The notes: a model not told the origin generated them from the letters alone. 64,000 nucleotides of DNA from Nostoc sp. (GCF_036917675.1 NZ_JBALCT010000051.1:17675-81674), one strand, 5' to 3'. Shown: positions 27,704 to 37,820, numbered from the stretch's first letter. Numbers and translations are program-made.

Positions 27704-28081
27704 TCACCGACTAGCTAAAGCTTGAGGTTCTTGACCTGGTGAAGGTTCTAACACCCTCAAGCTAGGAAACAAGAAATGGTTTTCCTCTACGTATTGAGCA
27801 CCAAACAGTCCCTTTTCTGCCCAGAAATAACGATCTGTTGTGTGTTCATTTCGCTTTACAAGTAGCAACGCCGGTGGCAAAATACCTTCAGCTTGAATGA
27901 ATCTTCTCGCTGCTGTCACAGGTTTTTCTTCGCCACTTTCGATGCTATATTGAGGCACATGCTCCAAAATTCGCCGTCCTTCCTGACGACGACGACTTTT
28001 CCTTTTGCGTCTCCTTGCCAATCTATTGTCCTCCTCTTTCAAGCTATAGATTGTAGTGTTAGCTACAAAATCCGTCGCCAT
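27704..28081 (-). CDS. Hypothetical protein with Arg/Lys-rich N-terminal segment
   Basis: 125-aa ORF containing RRRKRKSRRRQEGRR. No motif recognised. Confidence 0.5.
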   Translation of the reverse strand: MATDFVANTTIYSLKEEDNRLARRRKRKSRRRQEGRRILEHVPQYSIESGEEKPVTAARRFIQAEGILPPALLLVKRNEHTTDRYFWAEKGLFGAQYVEENHFLFPSLRVLEPSPGQEPQALASR

Positions 28082-28306
28082 TATATAGGTTCTAGTTCAA
28101 AATATCAATAGTTTTTTACCTTTTAATATAAGAAAGTTAATATCTTTGAAGATAGAGAAAACAAAATTAGTATTCAAATATAATCTCTTAGTACAAACCA
28201 TCATGAAGAAGATTTTAGTTAAGCTTTATTAAATGAGTGAGGTAAAAATTAAGTATCCTCTCTTAATCATGCCTCAAAATCTGTAATCTTGAGCAAGAGC
28301 TAAAAA

Positions 28307-29662
28307 ATGTTAATGTCTGCCAGTTCCGATTTTCTTGCTCTGTGTCGAGAGCAAATAGCGCTGCTAACCCAAGGGCTGGGAGCAACATTAAGTATTGTGT
28401 ACCTAACACAAGAATTGGTAGAGACTCCTTCAGGTGATGCCAAACTGATTCCTGTGGTGATTTACCCAGAAACAGCATTATTACCGCCAGGAGAGGAGAC
28501 TGCTGAAGTGACGGTACACAAGCAACTTCAAGTTGGAAATGTGTTTGTATTACCCAATCGTCAGAGAAGGTTATTAACAGCAGGGACAGAATCTGCAACT
28601 TCCTCACGCGAGTCTGAGATTCCAGATGCGTCTGGGCCCCATCTAAAAGAGGAATACTTATTTAGTGGCAACCAAATTGTTTTACCTCTGATTTATGAGG
28701 GTGTGATGATGGGGTTACTGGTGACAGGTAGGGAAGATCGCGCATGGAATGAACACGAGGAAAGTCAGATTCAACGGATAGCCCAAACATTAGCGATCGC
28801 TTGTATTTTAGATCAACGGCGAGCATGGTTTGAGCAGCAGTTACGTGAGCAACAAATTCTTCAAGAAAAACAGCGCGATTTGCTGGATAACTTGTTGCAT
28901 CAGTTTCGTAACCCATTAACGGCGTTGCGGACTTTTGGCAAACTGCTATTGAAACGACTTCAACCAGCAGATCCGAACCGGGATGTGGCAAATAGTATTG
29001 TGCGGGAAAGCGATCGCCTCCAAGAATTGCTGCAACAATTTGATCAAGTAATCGACTTGACAGAGGCAGATTTAGCACCACTACATCTGGCAGAAAATGA
29101 AGTATTTGTAGAAGCAACTATCCAAAAATCCGCTAAACCACTGTTATTATTGCCGGGAACGGGAGATAAAGCAGTTGACTGCTCGCTAGCAGATATATTA
29201 GAACCATTATTAATATCAGCCAAAGCGATCGCCCAAGAGCGAAAGCTAAAACTAATAACTGAAATTCAACATAATTCACCCCTAGTATGTGCCAATATCA
29301 AAGCATTACGAGAGGTATTAACTAACATCATCGATAATGCTTTGAAATACACTCCTAGTGGTGGTAAAATTTTGATTCAGGCGGGATTAGAAAAAGCTAA
29401 TTTTCAGGGAATTGTCATCAGTGACAACGGGCCAGGCATTCCACCCCAGGATTTAGAGCATCTTGGAGAACGGCATTATCGGGGTGTACAAGCGCAAACA
29501 GAAATCCCTGGTACAGGTTTGGGGTTAGCGATCGCTAAACAATTAATAGAGCAAATGCAGGGCGAAATCGAGGTTTTCAGCCCTGCAATCAACTCTAAGC
29601 TAACTTCACCCGATGCGCCGGGGACTACGTTTATTATTTGGTTGCCGGAAGTTAAAAATTAG
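28307..29662 (+). CDS. GAF-domain sensor histidine kinase (Hik2/CSK-like architecture)
   Basis: N-terminal GAF-like region, H-box HQFRNPLTALRT, and N, G1 and G2 boxes (NIIDNALKYT, DNGPGI, GTGLGLAI). Confidence 0.88.
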   Translation: MLMSASSDFLALCREQIALLTQGLGATLSIVYLTQELVETPSGDAKLIPVVIYPETALLPPGEETAEVTVHKQLQVGNVFVLPNRQRRLLTAGTESATSSRESEIPDASGPHLKEEYLFSGNQIVLPLIYEGVMMGLLVTGREDRAWNEHEESQIQRIAQTLAIACILDQRRAWFEQQLREQQILQEKQRDLLDNLLHQFRNPLTALRTFGKLLLKRLQPADPNRDVANSIVRESDRLQELLQQFDQVIDLTEADLAPLHLAENEVFVEATIQKSAKPLLLLPGTGDKAVDCSLADILEPLLISAKAIAQERKLKLITEIQHNSPLVCANIKALREVLTNIIDNALKYTPSGGKILIQAGLEKANFQGIVISDNGPGIPPQDLEHLGERHYRGVQAQTEIPGTGLGLAIAKQLIEQMQGEIEVFSPAINSKLTSPDAPGTTFIIWLPEVKN

Positions 29663-29744
29663 TCTTAGTCATTAGTCATAATGGCTAATAACTGAAGTTA
29701 AGAGTTGGTTATTTGTCCCAGGACTATTTCGTTCTAAACATAAA

Positions 29745-29872
29745 CCGCCCAGAACTTTAGTTCTGGGCTTATAGCTAAAGTCCGTCAAAACGGACTATAA
29801 CCTTGTCTCAGTCGTCTAAAGACGACTTTCACTATTAAACTCAGAATTCATTCTGAGGCGGGCTAGATGAGA
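29745..29872. repeat. Multi-hairpin dispersed repeat (CCCAGAACT..AGTTCTGGG, AGTCCGT..ACGGACT, AGTCGTCT..AGACGACT, CTCAGAAT..ATTCTGAG)
   Basis: Four consecutive short palindromes between convergent genes. Confidence 0.5.
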
Positions 29873-29919
29873 ATGAAATAGCCCTGCATTTGTCTTTTAT
29901 AAATACCAATGACCAATGA

Positions 29920-31164
29920 CTATCTTAGTGAAACCAACAAGTTTTGATTGATTGTCATTTGTAAATCGGTATTTGGGTCAATGGCGATTAAGTCAACACT
30001 ATTCCTACCTAAGATTAGACCAACCAATGCACCGATACCAGCGCCACCCAAGACTTCTTCTGTGGCAATGGCGCGATCGCCAGTGACAGCAGATATCGCA
30101 GTTGCTGCACCTGCACCCAATACAGTATCCTTGATAATTGCACTAGTACTAATACCCTTCTTAACGGTTTCAGTTTTGGTAATCACTTCAGAAGTAGCGT
30201 TAAGCTGATACTCTTGACCACTGGCCAAAACTAGTTTCTCGGCAACGAATTGAGAACCGCCTGTAGCAGGTTTGAGTTGACCAATAATCTGACTACCAGC
30301 AGGAATCACTATAGTTCCTTGTTGCGTAACCACGTTTTGGGATACTGTCAATGTCAAAGGCGCTGTTTCATCCTTTGTAACCAGAATTTTTTGTGCTTTG
30401 TCATACTTCACAGCAATAGCAGTCCCTTGGGGAATTGTGACTGATCCAGGTGTTGGGGTAGTAGACCCGACAGCCGCCACGACATAGGGCGAGTTAATTG
30501 CTGAAACTTGGTTAGAACTAACCAATGCTTGGTAAATAAAAGCTGCTACCTGGGCGCGAGTGGCAGTTGCGGTTGGATTCAGGAACTTCACATTTGGATA
30601 GTTGACCACAATTTGCTTTTCAGTTGCTGCGGCGATCGGGCTACGGGCATAGCTAGCGATATTAGAGGCATCGTTGAAATATTGCAGAGTGCTTTCGGTA
30701 TTACCGATGGGACTATATGCCAAACCGTTAGCGAGGGAAACCAAAACCTGCTCGCGGGGAATAGCTTGGTTAGGCTCAAAGCGATTTCCAGGATAACCTG
30801 ACAAGAAACCAATGGTATAAGCTTGCTCAATGGCGCTGGATGCCCAATAGTTGCTGGGTACATCAGTAAAATTGATTGCCTGCCGTTGCTGTGCTTTTTG
30901 GAAAGCTTTGTTGACCATCGCGGCAAATTGAGCGCGTGTCACCGGTTCTTCAGGGCGGAAGCTACCATCAGGAAATCCGGCAATTACACCTCGCTGTGAC
31001 AATTGTTGAATAAATTGTGCTGCCCAATAGTTAGATGAAACATCAGAAAAAGTAGTTTGAGCCAAAGATGGCGAAGCTGTAATCAAAGGCGCTACAGTAC
31101 CCACTGTGACGGTCAAAGCCATGAGTGCAGCTGTTCGAGATTGCCAACGATTTAAAGTAAACAT
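29920..31164 (-). CDS. Secreted protein: signal peptide, 3 SLH domains, and a C-terminal VirB10/TrbI-like beta domain with glycine-zipper segment
   Basis: The SLH repeat FSDVSSNYWAAQFIQQLSQRGVIAGFPDGSFRPEEPVTRAQFAAMV occurs three times. The C-terminal region has IPQGTAI.., VIPAGSQIIGQL, GAGAATAISAVTG..GGAGIGALVGLILG and ..DLQMTINQNL. That region is homologous to the 33976..34692 protein. Confidence 0.85.
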   Translation of the reverse strand: MFTLNRWQSRTAALMALTVTVGTVAPLITASPSLAQTTFSDVSSNYWAAQFIQQLSQRGVIAGFPDGSFRPEEPVTRAQFAAMVNKAFQKAQQRQAINFTDVPSNYWASSAIEQAYTIGFLSGYPGNRFEPNQAIPREQVLVSLANGLAYSPIGNTESTLQYFNDASNIASYARSPIAAATEKQIVVNYPNVKFLNPTATATRAQVAAFIYQALVSSNQVSAINSPYVVAAVGSTTPTPGSVTIPQGTAIAVKYDKAQKILVTKDETAPLTLTVSQNVVTQQGTIVIPAGSQIIGQLKPATGGSQFVAEKLVLASGQEYQLNATSEVITKTETVKKGISTSAIIKDTVLGAGAATAISAVTGDRAIATEEVLGGAGIGALVGLILGRNSVDLIAIDPNTDLQMTINQNLLVSLR

Positions 31165-31486
31165 TATTTTTTATTCCAGTACAATTACTTTTTTTGGTGT
31201 TACTTAACTAGACATTTACTGAGGTGTTAAGTTCCCAATTATTTCCGCTTATTGTAAAAAGCATTACTTTAGACGTACAGACATGAGCAAAAAATATCTC
31301 TCAAAGGAAGGAGGCATGTAGGCGAGAATAAAACAAAGTATATTAAGTAATATAAATAGTGTTGAAATTATTTTGTAGTGAAGGTTTCAGCTTTCAAGTG
31401 AGGACTAAATTCCTCAGATAAACCTTTGATTATTTACGCCCTTTGACTTAGGCGATAGAAGTAGTATAGCCACCGTATTATCTCTT

Positions 31487-31647
31487 AGCACAATTAAATA
31501 AGTATTCTAATAAATATGGATACTGGGGGAGACGATATAGAGTATAGAATAGTTGCTGTTAAATAGAATTTTTCGGGTTAAAAATGAAAGCGATCGCACA
31601 CTATATTTAAAGTGGCGATCGCCGATCAGGGGTGATTAAAGTCACCA
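31487..31647 (-). repeat. 161-bp direct repeat (copy 1) carrying an intrinsic terminator built on two HIP1 sites (hairpin 31590..31622 followed by a T-run)
   Basis: By eye about 80% identical to 33798..33957, the 3-prime ~85 nt about 90% and the 5-prime half much more diverged. The minus strand reads GGCGATCGCCACTTTAAATATAGTGTGCGATCGCTTTCATTTTT. It lies directly downstream of the stop at 31666. Confidence 0.75.
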
Positions 31648-31665
31648 CTTGCTGATGTCGGGCAG

Positions 31666-33684
31666 TTAATTGCTGAGGTTTGACACGATGTAGGGCGAGT
31701 TAATTGCTGAAGCTTGATTAGAACTAACCAACGCCTGGTAAATAAAAGCTGCTACCTGGGCGCGTGTAGCAGTTGCAGTTGGATTTAGTAACTTGACATT
31801 CGGATAGTTGACCACAATTTGCTTCTGGGTTGCTGCGGCGATCGGGGTACGGGCATAGCTAGGGATATTAGAGGCATCGTTGAAATATTGCAGAGTGCTT
31901 TCGGTATTGCCGCCAGCAGCATATTTCAGACCGTTAGCGAGGGAAACCAAAACCTGATCGCGGGGAATAGTTTGGTTAGGCTCAAAGCGATTATGAGGAT
32001 AACCTGATAAGAAATCAATGGTATAAGCTTGCTGAATGGCACTGAATCCCCAATAGTTGCTGGGTACATCAGTAAAATTGATTGCCTGCCGTTGCTGTGC
32101 TTTTTGGAAAGCTTTGTTGACCATCGCGGCAAATTGAGCGCGTGTCACCGGTTCTTCAGGGCGGAAGCTACCATCAGGAAATCCGACAATTACACCTCGC
32201 TGTGACAATTGTTGAATAAATGGTGCTGCCCAATAGTTAGATGAAACATCAGAAAAAGTAGTTGGAGTCGTTTGAGCCGTTTCAGCAGAAGATTGCGGGG
32301 AGCATCCCACTTTGATGAGTTTCTCTTGCAAACTATAACTCACTGGATCACAAACAAAAGCTGTCAACTTAGGCTTTACATAAGTTCGCGTTGGCGGATT
32401 TTGTTTATCTACCTGCGTCCAATCGTCAGATGTTTTTTCTAGAGTGGGATGCTTACTTAAATACTCCGAGTCTGCAACAATATCGTGAGGACCCTTAACA
32501 CTTATCTTAGAACTATTGAGGTAGATATTATAATCATAAATAACGTTTTGATTTTTTATGTTACTATTAATCTCCTTGCCAGGATACGCATAGAGAATGT
32601 TATTTAGAATCTTGACATCATCTGATGCATTAGCATATATTTGCGCGCCTTTAATTTCTGGACTCTGATTATTTAAAACCGCAGTGTTATTTACAATATC
32701 AACATGAGCGCTAAAAAATGCATGAATACCTGAACCACCATTATAAAATGTCAGATTGTTTTTTACTAAAGTACGTCCTGTATATGCACCCAATTGGGGG
32801 TTATTACCATTTTTGGAACTATCGATAATAATGCCATTACCATCTGTGATCCTTCCGACTGCAATCCAAGGGATGTACATCCGATTGTTGTAAGTCTTGT
32901 TGTTGGTAATAAACATCTTGTATCCCTGATTGTTGTCAGAATTCCAATTGCTCAACATCGAAATACCACTATTACCATAGACTGAGTACCAGGCATTATC
33001 GAACACCACATTATGATCTACTGTCACATAGTCCGATTGAATCACTGAGATACCTCCTCCTCCACAGTCATGCACTTTGTTGTTCAGAATACGGATGTGA
33101 TGAACATGACCATTGGTTCGTCCCTCAATGCTTATGCAGTTTCCGTTCGTCAGTGGGTTTGCTTTGTTAGTCTTCTGACTCCTCGCATAATCAAGGGTTA
33201 CATTGGCATTGTTCCCGACGACTTCCAGCCCGTTTATCTCGATATATGAAGCTCCATTTGAAACCAGGATACCGTGCCATGTATTGTGCTGAATTTTTGG
33301 GAAATGGCCAGGATATGCTTTATAACTAATCCATGCTTTGGCATTTCCAGAACGTTTAATATTTACTACACTCCCAGCTTTGGGTAAATTTGTGTATACT
33401 CCGTTCATAATCAATACTGTGTCGCCAGGGTTAGTCATATCTGCTGCCTTTTGAATTGTCCGAAAGGCGGATGAAGCAGAAACTCCACTATTTTTGTCGT
33501 TTCCAGTACCACTAACATAGTATGTTTTCGGAGTCGTATTAGTGCTGATTAGCTCGCGGCTGGTAGTGGATACCTGACGGACGTTTTCAACTAAAGATGG
33601 TTTTATCCTTTCTCCCCCAGCCAAAAGACTTAACGCCACGGGAATTGCCAGATATGCACTGAAACTTAAACCTTGTATTACCAC
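31666..33684 (-). CDS. Secreted right-handed parallel beta-helix (pectate-lyase-fold) protein with 3 C-terminal SLH domains
   Basis: Beta-helix repeats (NGNCISIEG.., HDCGGGGISV.., VFDNAWYSVYGNSGISM, NGGSGIHAF). The C-terminal SLH region is nearly identical in DNA to that of 29920..31164. GTG start. Confidence 0.85.
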   Translation of the reverse strand: MVIQGLSFSAYLAIPVALSLLAGGERIKPSLVENVRQVSTTSRELISTNTTPKTYYVSGTGNDKNSGVSASSAFRTIQKAADMTNPGDTVLIMNGVYTNLPKAGSVVNIKRSGNAKAWISYKAYPGHFPKIQHNTWHGILVSNGASYIEINGLEVVGNNANVTLDYARSQKTNKANPLTNGNCISIEGRTNGHVHHIRILNNKVHDCGGGGISVIQSDYVTVDHNVVFDNAWYSVYGNSGISMLSNWNSDNNQGYKMFITNNKTYNNRMYIPWIAVGRITDGNGIIIDSSKNGNNPQLGAYTGRTLVKNNLTFYNGGSGIHAFFSAHVDIVNNTAVLNNQSPEIKGAQIYANASDDVKILNNILYAYPGKEINSNIKNQNVIYDYNIYLNSSKISVKGPHDIVADSEYLSKHPTLEKTSDDWTQVDKQNPPTRTYVKPKLTAFVCDPVSYSLQEKLIKVGCSPQSSAETAQTTPTTFSDVSSNYWAAPFIQQLSQRGVIVGFPDGSFRPEEPVTRAQFAAMVNKAFQKAQQRQAINFTDVPSNYWGFSAIQQAYTIDFLSGYPHNRFEPNQTIPRDQVLVSLANGLKYAAGGNTESTLQYFNDASNIPSYARTPIAAATQKQIVVNYPNVKLLNPTATATRAQVAAFIYQALVSSNQASAINSPYIVSNLSN

Positions 33685-33797
33685 AAGAAAATACTCCTTT
33701 ATCGCTACTCTTCAATCAAAATATCAGGATATTCAGGAATTTTGAATACTTTTTTAGATAGAGACTACAATAGAGCCGACTTTCCTATCTGCCCCCA

Positions 33798-33957
33798 TAG
33801 CACAATTAAATAAGTATTCCCATAAATATCGATATCGAGTCAGACGATACAGAAATAGAATAGTTGCTGGAAAATAGAATTTTTTGGGTTAAAAATGAAG
33901 GCGATCGCACACTATAGTTAAAGTGGCGATCGCCGATCATGGGTGATTAAAGTCACG
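33798..33957 (-). repeat. 160-bp direct repeat (copy 2) with the same HIP1-based terminator (hairpin 33901..33933)
   Basis: See copy 1. It lies directly downstream of the stop at 33976. Confidence 0.75.
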
Positions 33958-33975
33958 ATTTGAATTGAGTTAAAT

Positions 33976-34692
33976 TTAGTAGCGGGATTGTGGTACTAAA
34001 TTCAAGTTAGAATTCAGTGTGATCTTTAAATCCTGTGCAGGTCTGAGGACAAAGGCATTTCCTTGTTTTTTCCGTAACAGCACACTCGCACCCGCACCCG
34101 CAGCCGCACCGATAACAGGTTTTAAATCGTCAATTCTGTGGTTGCCAGTAATTAGTGAACCTAAAAGACCAGCACCCCCACCAATAGCTGCGTCAGTTAA
34201 AACCTGATTTGTACTGGGACCCTGTGAAACTCTTTCAGTTGTGGTGTATGTCCGGGAAGTTGCATTAATCGACTGACGCTGACCATTGGAAAATTCTAAT
34301 TCTTGAGCTACAAACCGCACGCCTTTTCCTTTGTTATCATCTGTATCTCTTGAATAACTATTATCTAAGTCAACAGATTCTAGCTGTCCAATTACTTTAG
34401 TACCAGCAGGAATCAAGACATTTCTATTTCTGTCGAGAATGTTGTTGGCTATTCTCAAGGTTAGAGATTTAGTTTCTCCAGGAGCTATCGTAATTGTTTC
34501 TTTTTCGTAGGTGACAGGAAAAGAAACCCCAGAAGGAATGGTCGTGTTTCCGTATTGCCCAATTCTGTCTTGCCCAATTCTATATTGTGCATTAGCAGGA
34601 GCCAAGCTAAATAGGGGGCTAATGACGCTTGTAGTAACGGTCATTGCCATAAGTGCAGCAGTTCCAAATTTCCATTGATGTAGGCGACTCAT
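33976..34692 (-). CDS. Secreted protein with VirB10/TrbI-like beta domain and glycine zipper (no SLH)
   Basis: Signal peptide ..SLAPANAQ, then TIPSGVSFPV, VLIPAGTKVIGQLES, GGGAGLLGSLITG..IGAAAGAGASVLL and ..DLKITLNSNL. Paralogous to the C-terminal half of 29920..31164. Confidence 0.8.
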   Translation of the reverse strand: MSRLHQWKFGTAALMAMTVTTSVISPLFSLAPANAQYRIGQDRIGQYGNTTIPSGVSFPVTYEKETITIAPGETKSLTLRIANNILDRNRNVLIPAGTKVIGQLESVDLDNSYSRDTDDNKGKGVRFVAQELEFSNGQRQSINATSRTYTTTERVSQGPSTNQVLTDAAIGGGAGLLGSLITGNHRIDDLKPVIGAAAGAGASVLLRKKQGNAFVLRPAQDLKITLNSNLNLVPQSRY

Positions 34693-35113
34693 AAGAGGGT
34701 TATCCTTTGTGTATGTGATGTATATAATGACGGGGATTCACTGAGTTTGTTTCTGATTGTTTTTGAACCTGTCTATAGGCGTATTCCGAAGGTAAAGGTG
34801 CTTATACGACGTGGAGTATTTATTGCAGCTACGCCTATCGGATATCTCGCTGCTCAGAATTTGTATCCTGTTAATGTGCGTCAGCAAATAGAGGGTGAGA
34901 TCCTGACGTGACGCAAAATAAGTCTAATAGTTTCCAGAGTTGTTTCATTGTTTACGTTCACATATCTACACCACTGAATAGAGGCGAATGGGCTGACTGC
35001 AAACTCTTGCTTCTATTCTAGATTTATTTGCTAGGACTTGGGAAATATTTTCGGTTTCTTAACGAATGATTTACCTGTGGGACTGAAAGATCAACTATCT
35101 GCTATATGTGTAT

Positions 35114-37396
35114 TTAAGATTGCTGCTGGCGCTGTTTAATCTCTGCGATCGGTAATAGCAAGGTGTCTTCTATTTGCTCTCGTACTTCACGGTTGACATA
35201 ACAATCGCTATTTAGGCAATCTACCAACAATAAATTAGCATGGTAATACTTGTTAAGTAATCCTTTCTGGTGCTTGCTAAACTGCCAATCACTATCAATA
35301 CTACGATAGCTCATTATTACTGCTCTTAATTGCTGAGTCCAGTTTTGACCGTTTGTTTTCCACCATTGTTTATGGATATCGAAATCTGTTTTTGTTTCAG
35401 GTAGTTGGTTTATGAGTGGTAGCAATGCTGATTTTAGACCAGAAATAAGACTGTAAGTTAATTTACTAATATAATCATCTTTTTTTTGCTTAAAATTAAA
35501 ACAAAGTTGAAGTTTAGGACTAAGTACCAGATTACACTCAAAATAATCTCTAGTATCGTCGCTATGAATGGCTTTCCAGATTCCAGGGTAAGAGATAAGA
35601 CAAAAATCAAGGTCGATTCCTATACAGCTATTACCAAGAGAAAGATTACCTCCCAGTATAAAAGCAAAGTAAAACTCGCGAATAACTGCTAACTGGTAAG
35701 GAACGTTAACTGAAAGAGATTTTTTACTTATCCACTTTAGAAACTGCTCCAATTTCTCATCATTAGCTAAAAGCGAATCGACTTGATCTTTCATCAATAA
35801 CAATACACGATCCGCATTTGGCGACATTCCAACCGCAAGTAAAAAGACTTCCCGCCAGCGTTTCTCAGTGATGTGGCTAACAAGATTTTGCAACGCTTCC
35901 TCTGATGATTGTCTTACAACCACAAATTCTCTAGCTGTGAAATACTCATGAAATGTCAGGTGGGAAAATGAGTAAATCCCTTTTGCCCTTGCTACAACTA
36001 GTCCATGATGATGTTCAATTGAACGCAAAACTTGCCCACTGTCAACTTGCAATGCTTCTGCGTCAGTATTAGCATCAGGTAAATTGCGGATGTATTCTGT
36101 AATGTATTGTTCTGCTACTTTCTGCTTGAAGAAATAGTCACTCCCCTCAAAGCTAGTCAACGCCATTTTGCTGAGTAAATCTTCTTTGCGTTGGACTGAT
36201 AGCTTTTTGTAAATCTGGTCGCGTTGAATTCCCCGCTTGGCATCCCATTTTTTCAATAACGCATCCAGTCCTTCTTTATATAACTCAGAACGATTTGCAG
36301 GAAAATCCCCTGACTCTTCAAATGCTAAACAAAGTAACGTCAGCAGCAGCGGACTTGCAGCAAGTTGTTTGATACGGTTATTTTCTTCGAGACGTTTGAT
36401 AAAAATCTCTGGTTTTACAGCTTTATCCTTAAACCAGTTATTGGTAAAGTTGAAAATTTGGTCATCGTCAAAATCAGCAACTTCCACCTCTGTGAACTTC
36501 TCAAAGATATACTCTCGTGCTGCAATCCGGCAGGTCATGACAAACTGATTTTTTGGAAAACGATCAGAAAACTCACGAATTTCTTTTAATACACGGTTAC
36601 TATCCTCTTCTCTAACCTCATCCAACCCATCGAGTAACACTAATGCCTTGCCATAAGTTATTACATCTCGGATAGAAGAGATAGGATTTATAGATTCTTC
36701 GGTGATGTATTCTAGCAATCGGGGTTCGTTTGCAGCTTCCGCAAAATTTTTGAGGGTGACAAAAATCGGTACACGTTCAGCCTGAAATTCACCTCCAATA
36801 CACTGAATTGCTAAATACTTCAAAAACGTGGTTTTACCTGCCCCTGGCTTACCCAAAATGATCAACTTGGAATATTTTTCTACAGCCTTTAGTCCTGGTA
36901 CTCGTTGTTGAGTAATTCTGCCCAGTCCAAAGCGGTCAAAATCTTCGCTAGTACACTGTTGCAATAATTCATTAATTCCTAACCGTTGTAGCTCAGTGAT
37001 TTTCTCTAATATATTGACGCTGGTGTAAATGTCATTCAATCCAATGGGTTGACTCATCGCTGGCCCCCGCATTGTGCCGCAACGTTCTTGAATGAGGGAT
37101 TTTATCTTTTCGCGCACCTCTTGCACGATCGCATCAATATCAATGCTGTTGTCTTGATTTACCTCTGGTTCACTAACTGGTTCAGCAACTATTTCTTCCC
37201 ACTCTAGGTCTAGCCTGTCGCAAATCTGGACAAAGAAATTGCGGTCAACAGGTTTACCTGTAAAGAATTTTCCGATCGGCTGTCGAGTAATTCCTAAATC
37301 TTCAGCTAATGCCTTTTGAGTTAAGGAACAGCGGATCAAAGCTTTTTTTGCTTTTTGGATACCTTCTGGAGAACTGCAAAGCGATCGCCCGGACAT
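35114..37396 (-). CDS. STAND NTPase: N-terminal XRE-type HTH, NACHT domain, and a ~270-aa C-terminal region of unknown fold
   Basis: LTQKALAEDLGITRQPIGKFF is the HTH. CGTMRGPAMSQPIGLNDIYTSVNILEKIT is the linker typical of cyanobacterial NACHT proteins. Walker A is ILGKPGAGKTTFLKYLA and Walker B is LVLLDGLDEV. No WD40, TPR or pentapeptide repeats. Confidence 0.88.
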   Translation of the reverse strand: MSGRSLCSSPEGIQKAKKALIRCSLTQKALAEDLGITRQPIGKFFTGKPVDRNFFVQICDRLDLEWEEIVAEPVSEPEVNQDNSIDIDAIVQEVREKIKSLIQERCGTMRGPAMSQPIGLNDIYTSVNILEKITELQRLGINELLQQCTSEDFDRFGLGRITQQRVPGLKAVEKYSKLIILGKPGAGKTTFLKYLAIQCIGGEFQAERVPIFVTLKNFAEAANEPRLLEYITEESINPISSIRDVITYGKALVLLDGLDEVREEDSNRVLKEIREFSDRFPKNQFVMTCRIAAREYIFEKFTEVEVADFDDDQIFNFTNNWFKDKAVKPEIFIKRLEENNRIKQLAASPLLLTLLCLAFEESGDFPANRSELYKEGLDALLKKWDAKRGIQRDQIYKKLSVQRKEDLLSKMALTSFEGSDYFFKQKVAEQYITEYIRNLPDANTDAEALQVDSGQVLRSIEHHHGLVVARAKGIYSFSHLTFHEYFTAREFVVVRQSSEEALQNLVSHITEKRWREVFLLAVGMSPNADRVLLLMKDQVDSLLANDEKLEQFLKWISKKSLSVNVPYQLAVIREFYFAFILGGNLSLGNSCIGIDLDFCLISYPGIWKAIHSDDTRDYFECNLVLSPKLQLCFNFKQKKDDYISKLTYSLISGLKSALLPLINQLPETKTDFDIHKQWWKTNGQNWTQQLRAVIMSYRSIDSDWQFSKHQKGLLNKYYHANLLLVDCLNSDCYVNREVREQIEDTLLLPIAEIKQRQQQS

Positions 37397-37820
37397 AAGC
37401 TAACCACTACACTTTTGCTGATTTTAACTGCCAATTTGGCAATTCATCCCCATCGCATACATAAGTCACTCATATCATAAGCCTGTATTTAAGCCTACAA
37501 CAACCACCCGCCTGTAAAGCTAGGAATGTAGTAATTCAAGCGATTTGGGGTACTTCAATGTTATCCAAGAAATTTCCTTTTAGAGATGAAGTGTTAGCTA
37601 CTGTAATGCTGATTACGGTGATTGGTTCTCTCACACTTGCAGTTATCGACGAGAAGAGTCGCCCTCAATTTCTAGATTTAACAAAATTTACTATAGGTAC
37701 ATATATTGAATTTTTGATACCTCGGTCTAGGTCAAGCGATCGCGATGTCTAGGACGGGCTACGCCTACGCAACTAGCCAAACTCGAATTATATCTTGGCA
37801 ATTAGAAGTCGCACAACCAT

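Noticed and set aside
37558-37752. 64-aa plus-strand ORF upstream of the NACHT gene
   Set aside because: No ribosome-binding site and no motif. Its 3-prime end runs into a dispersed repeat. It is likely a spurious ORF in a promoter region.
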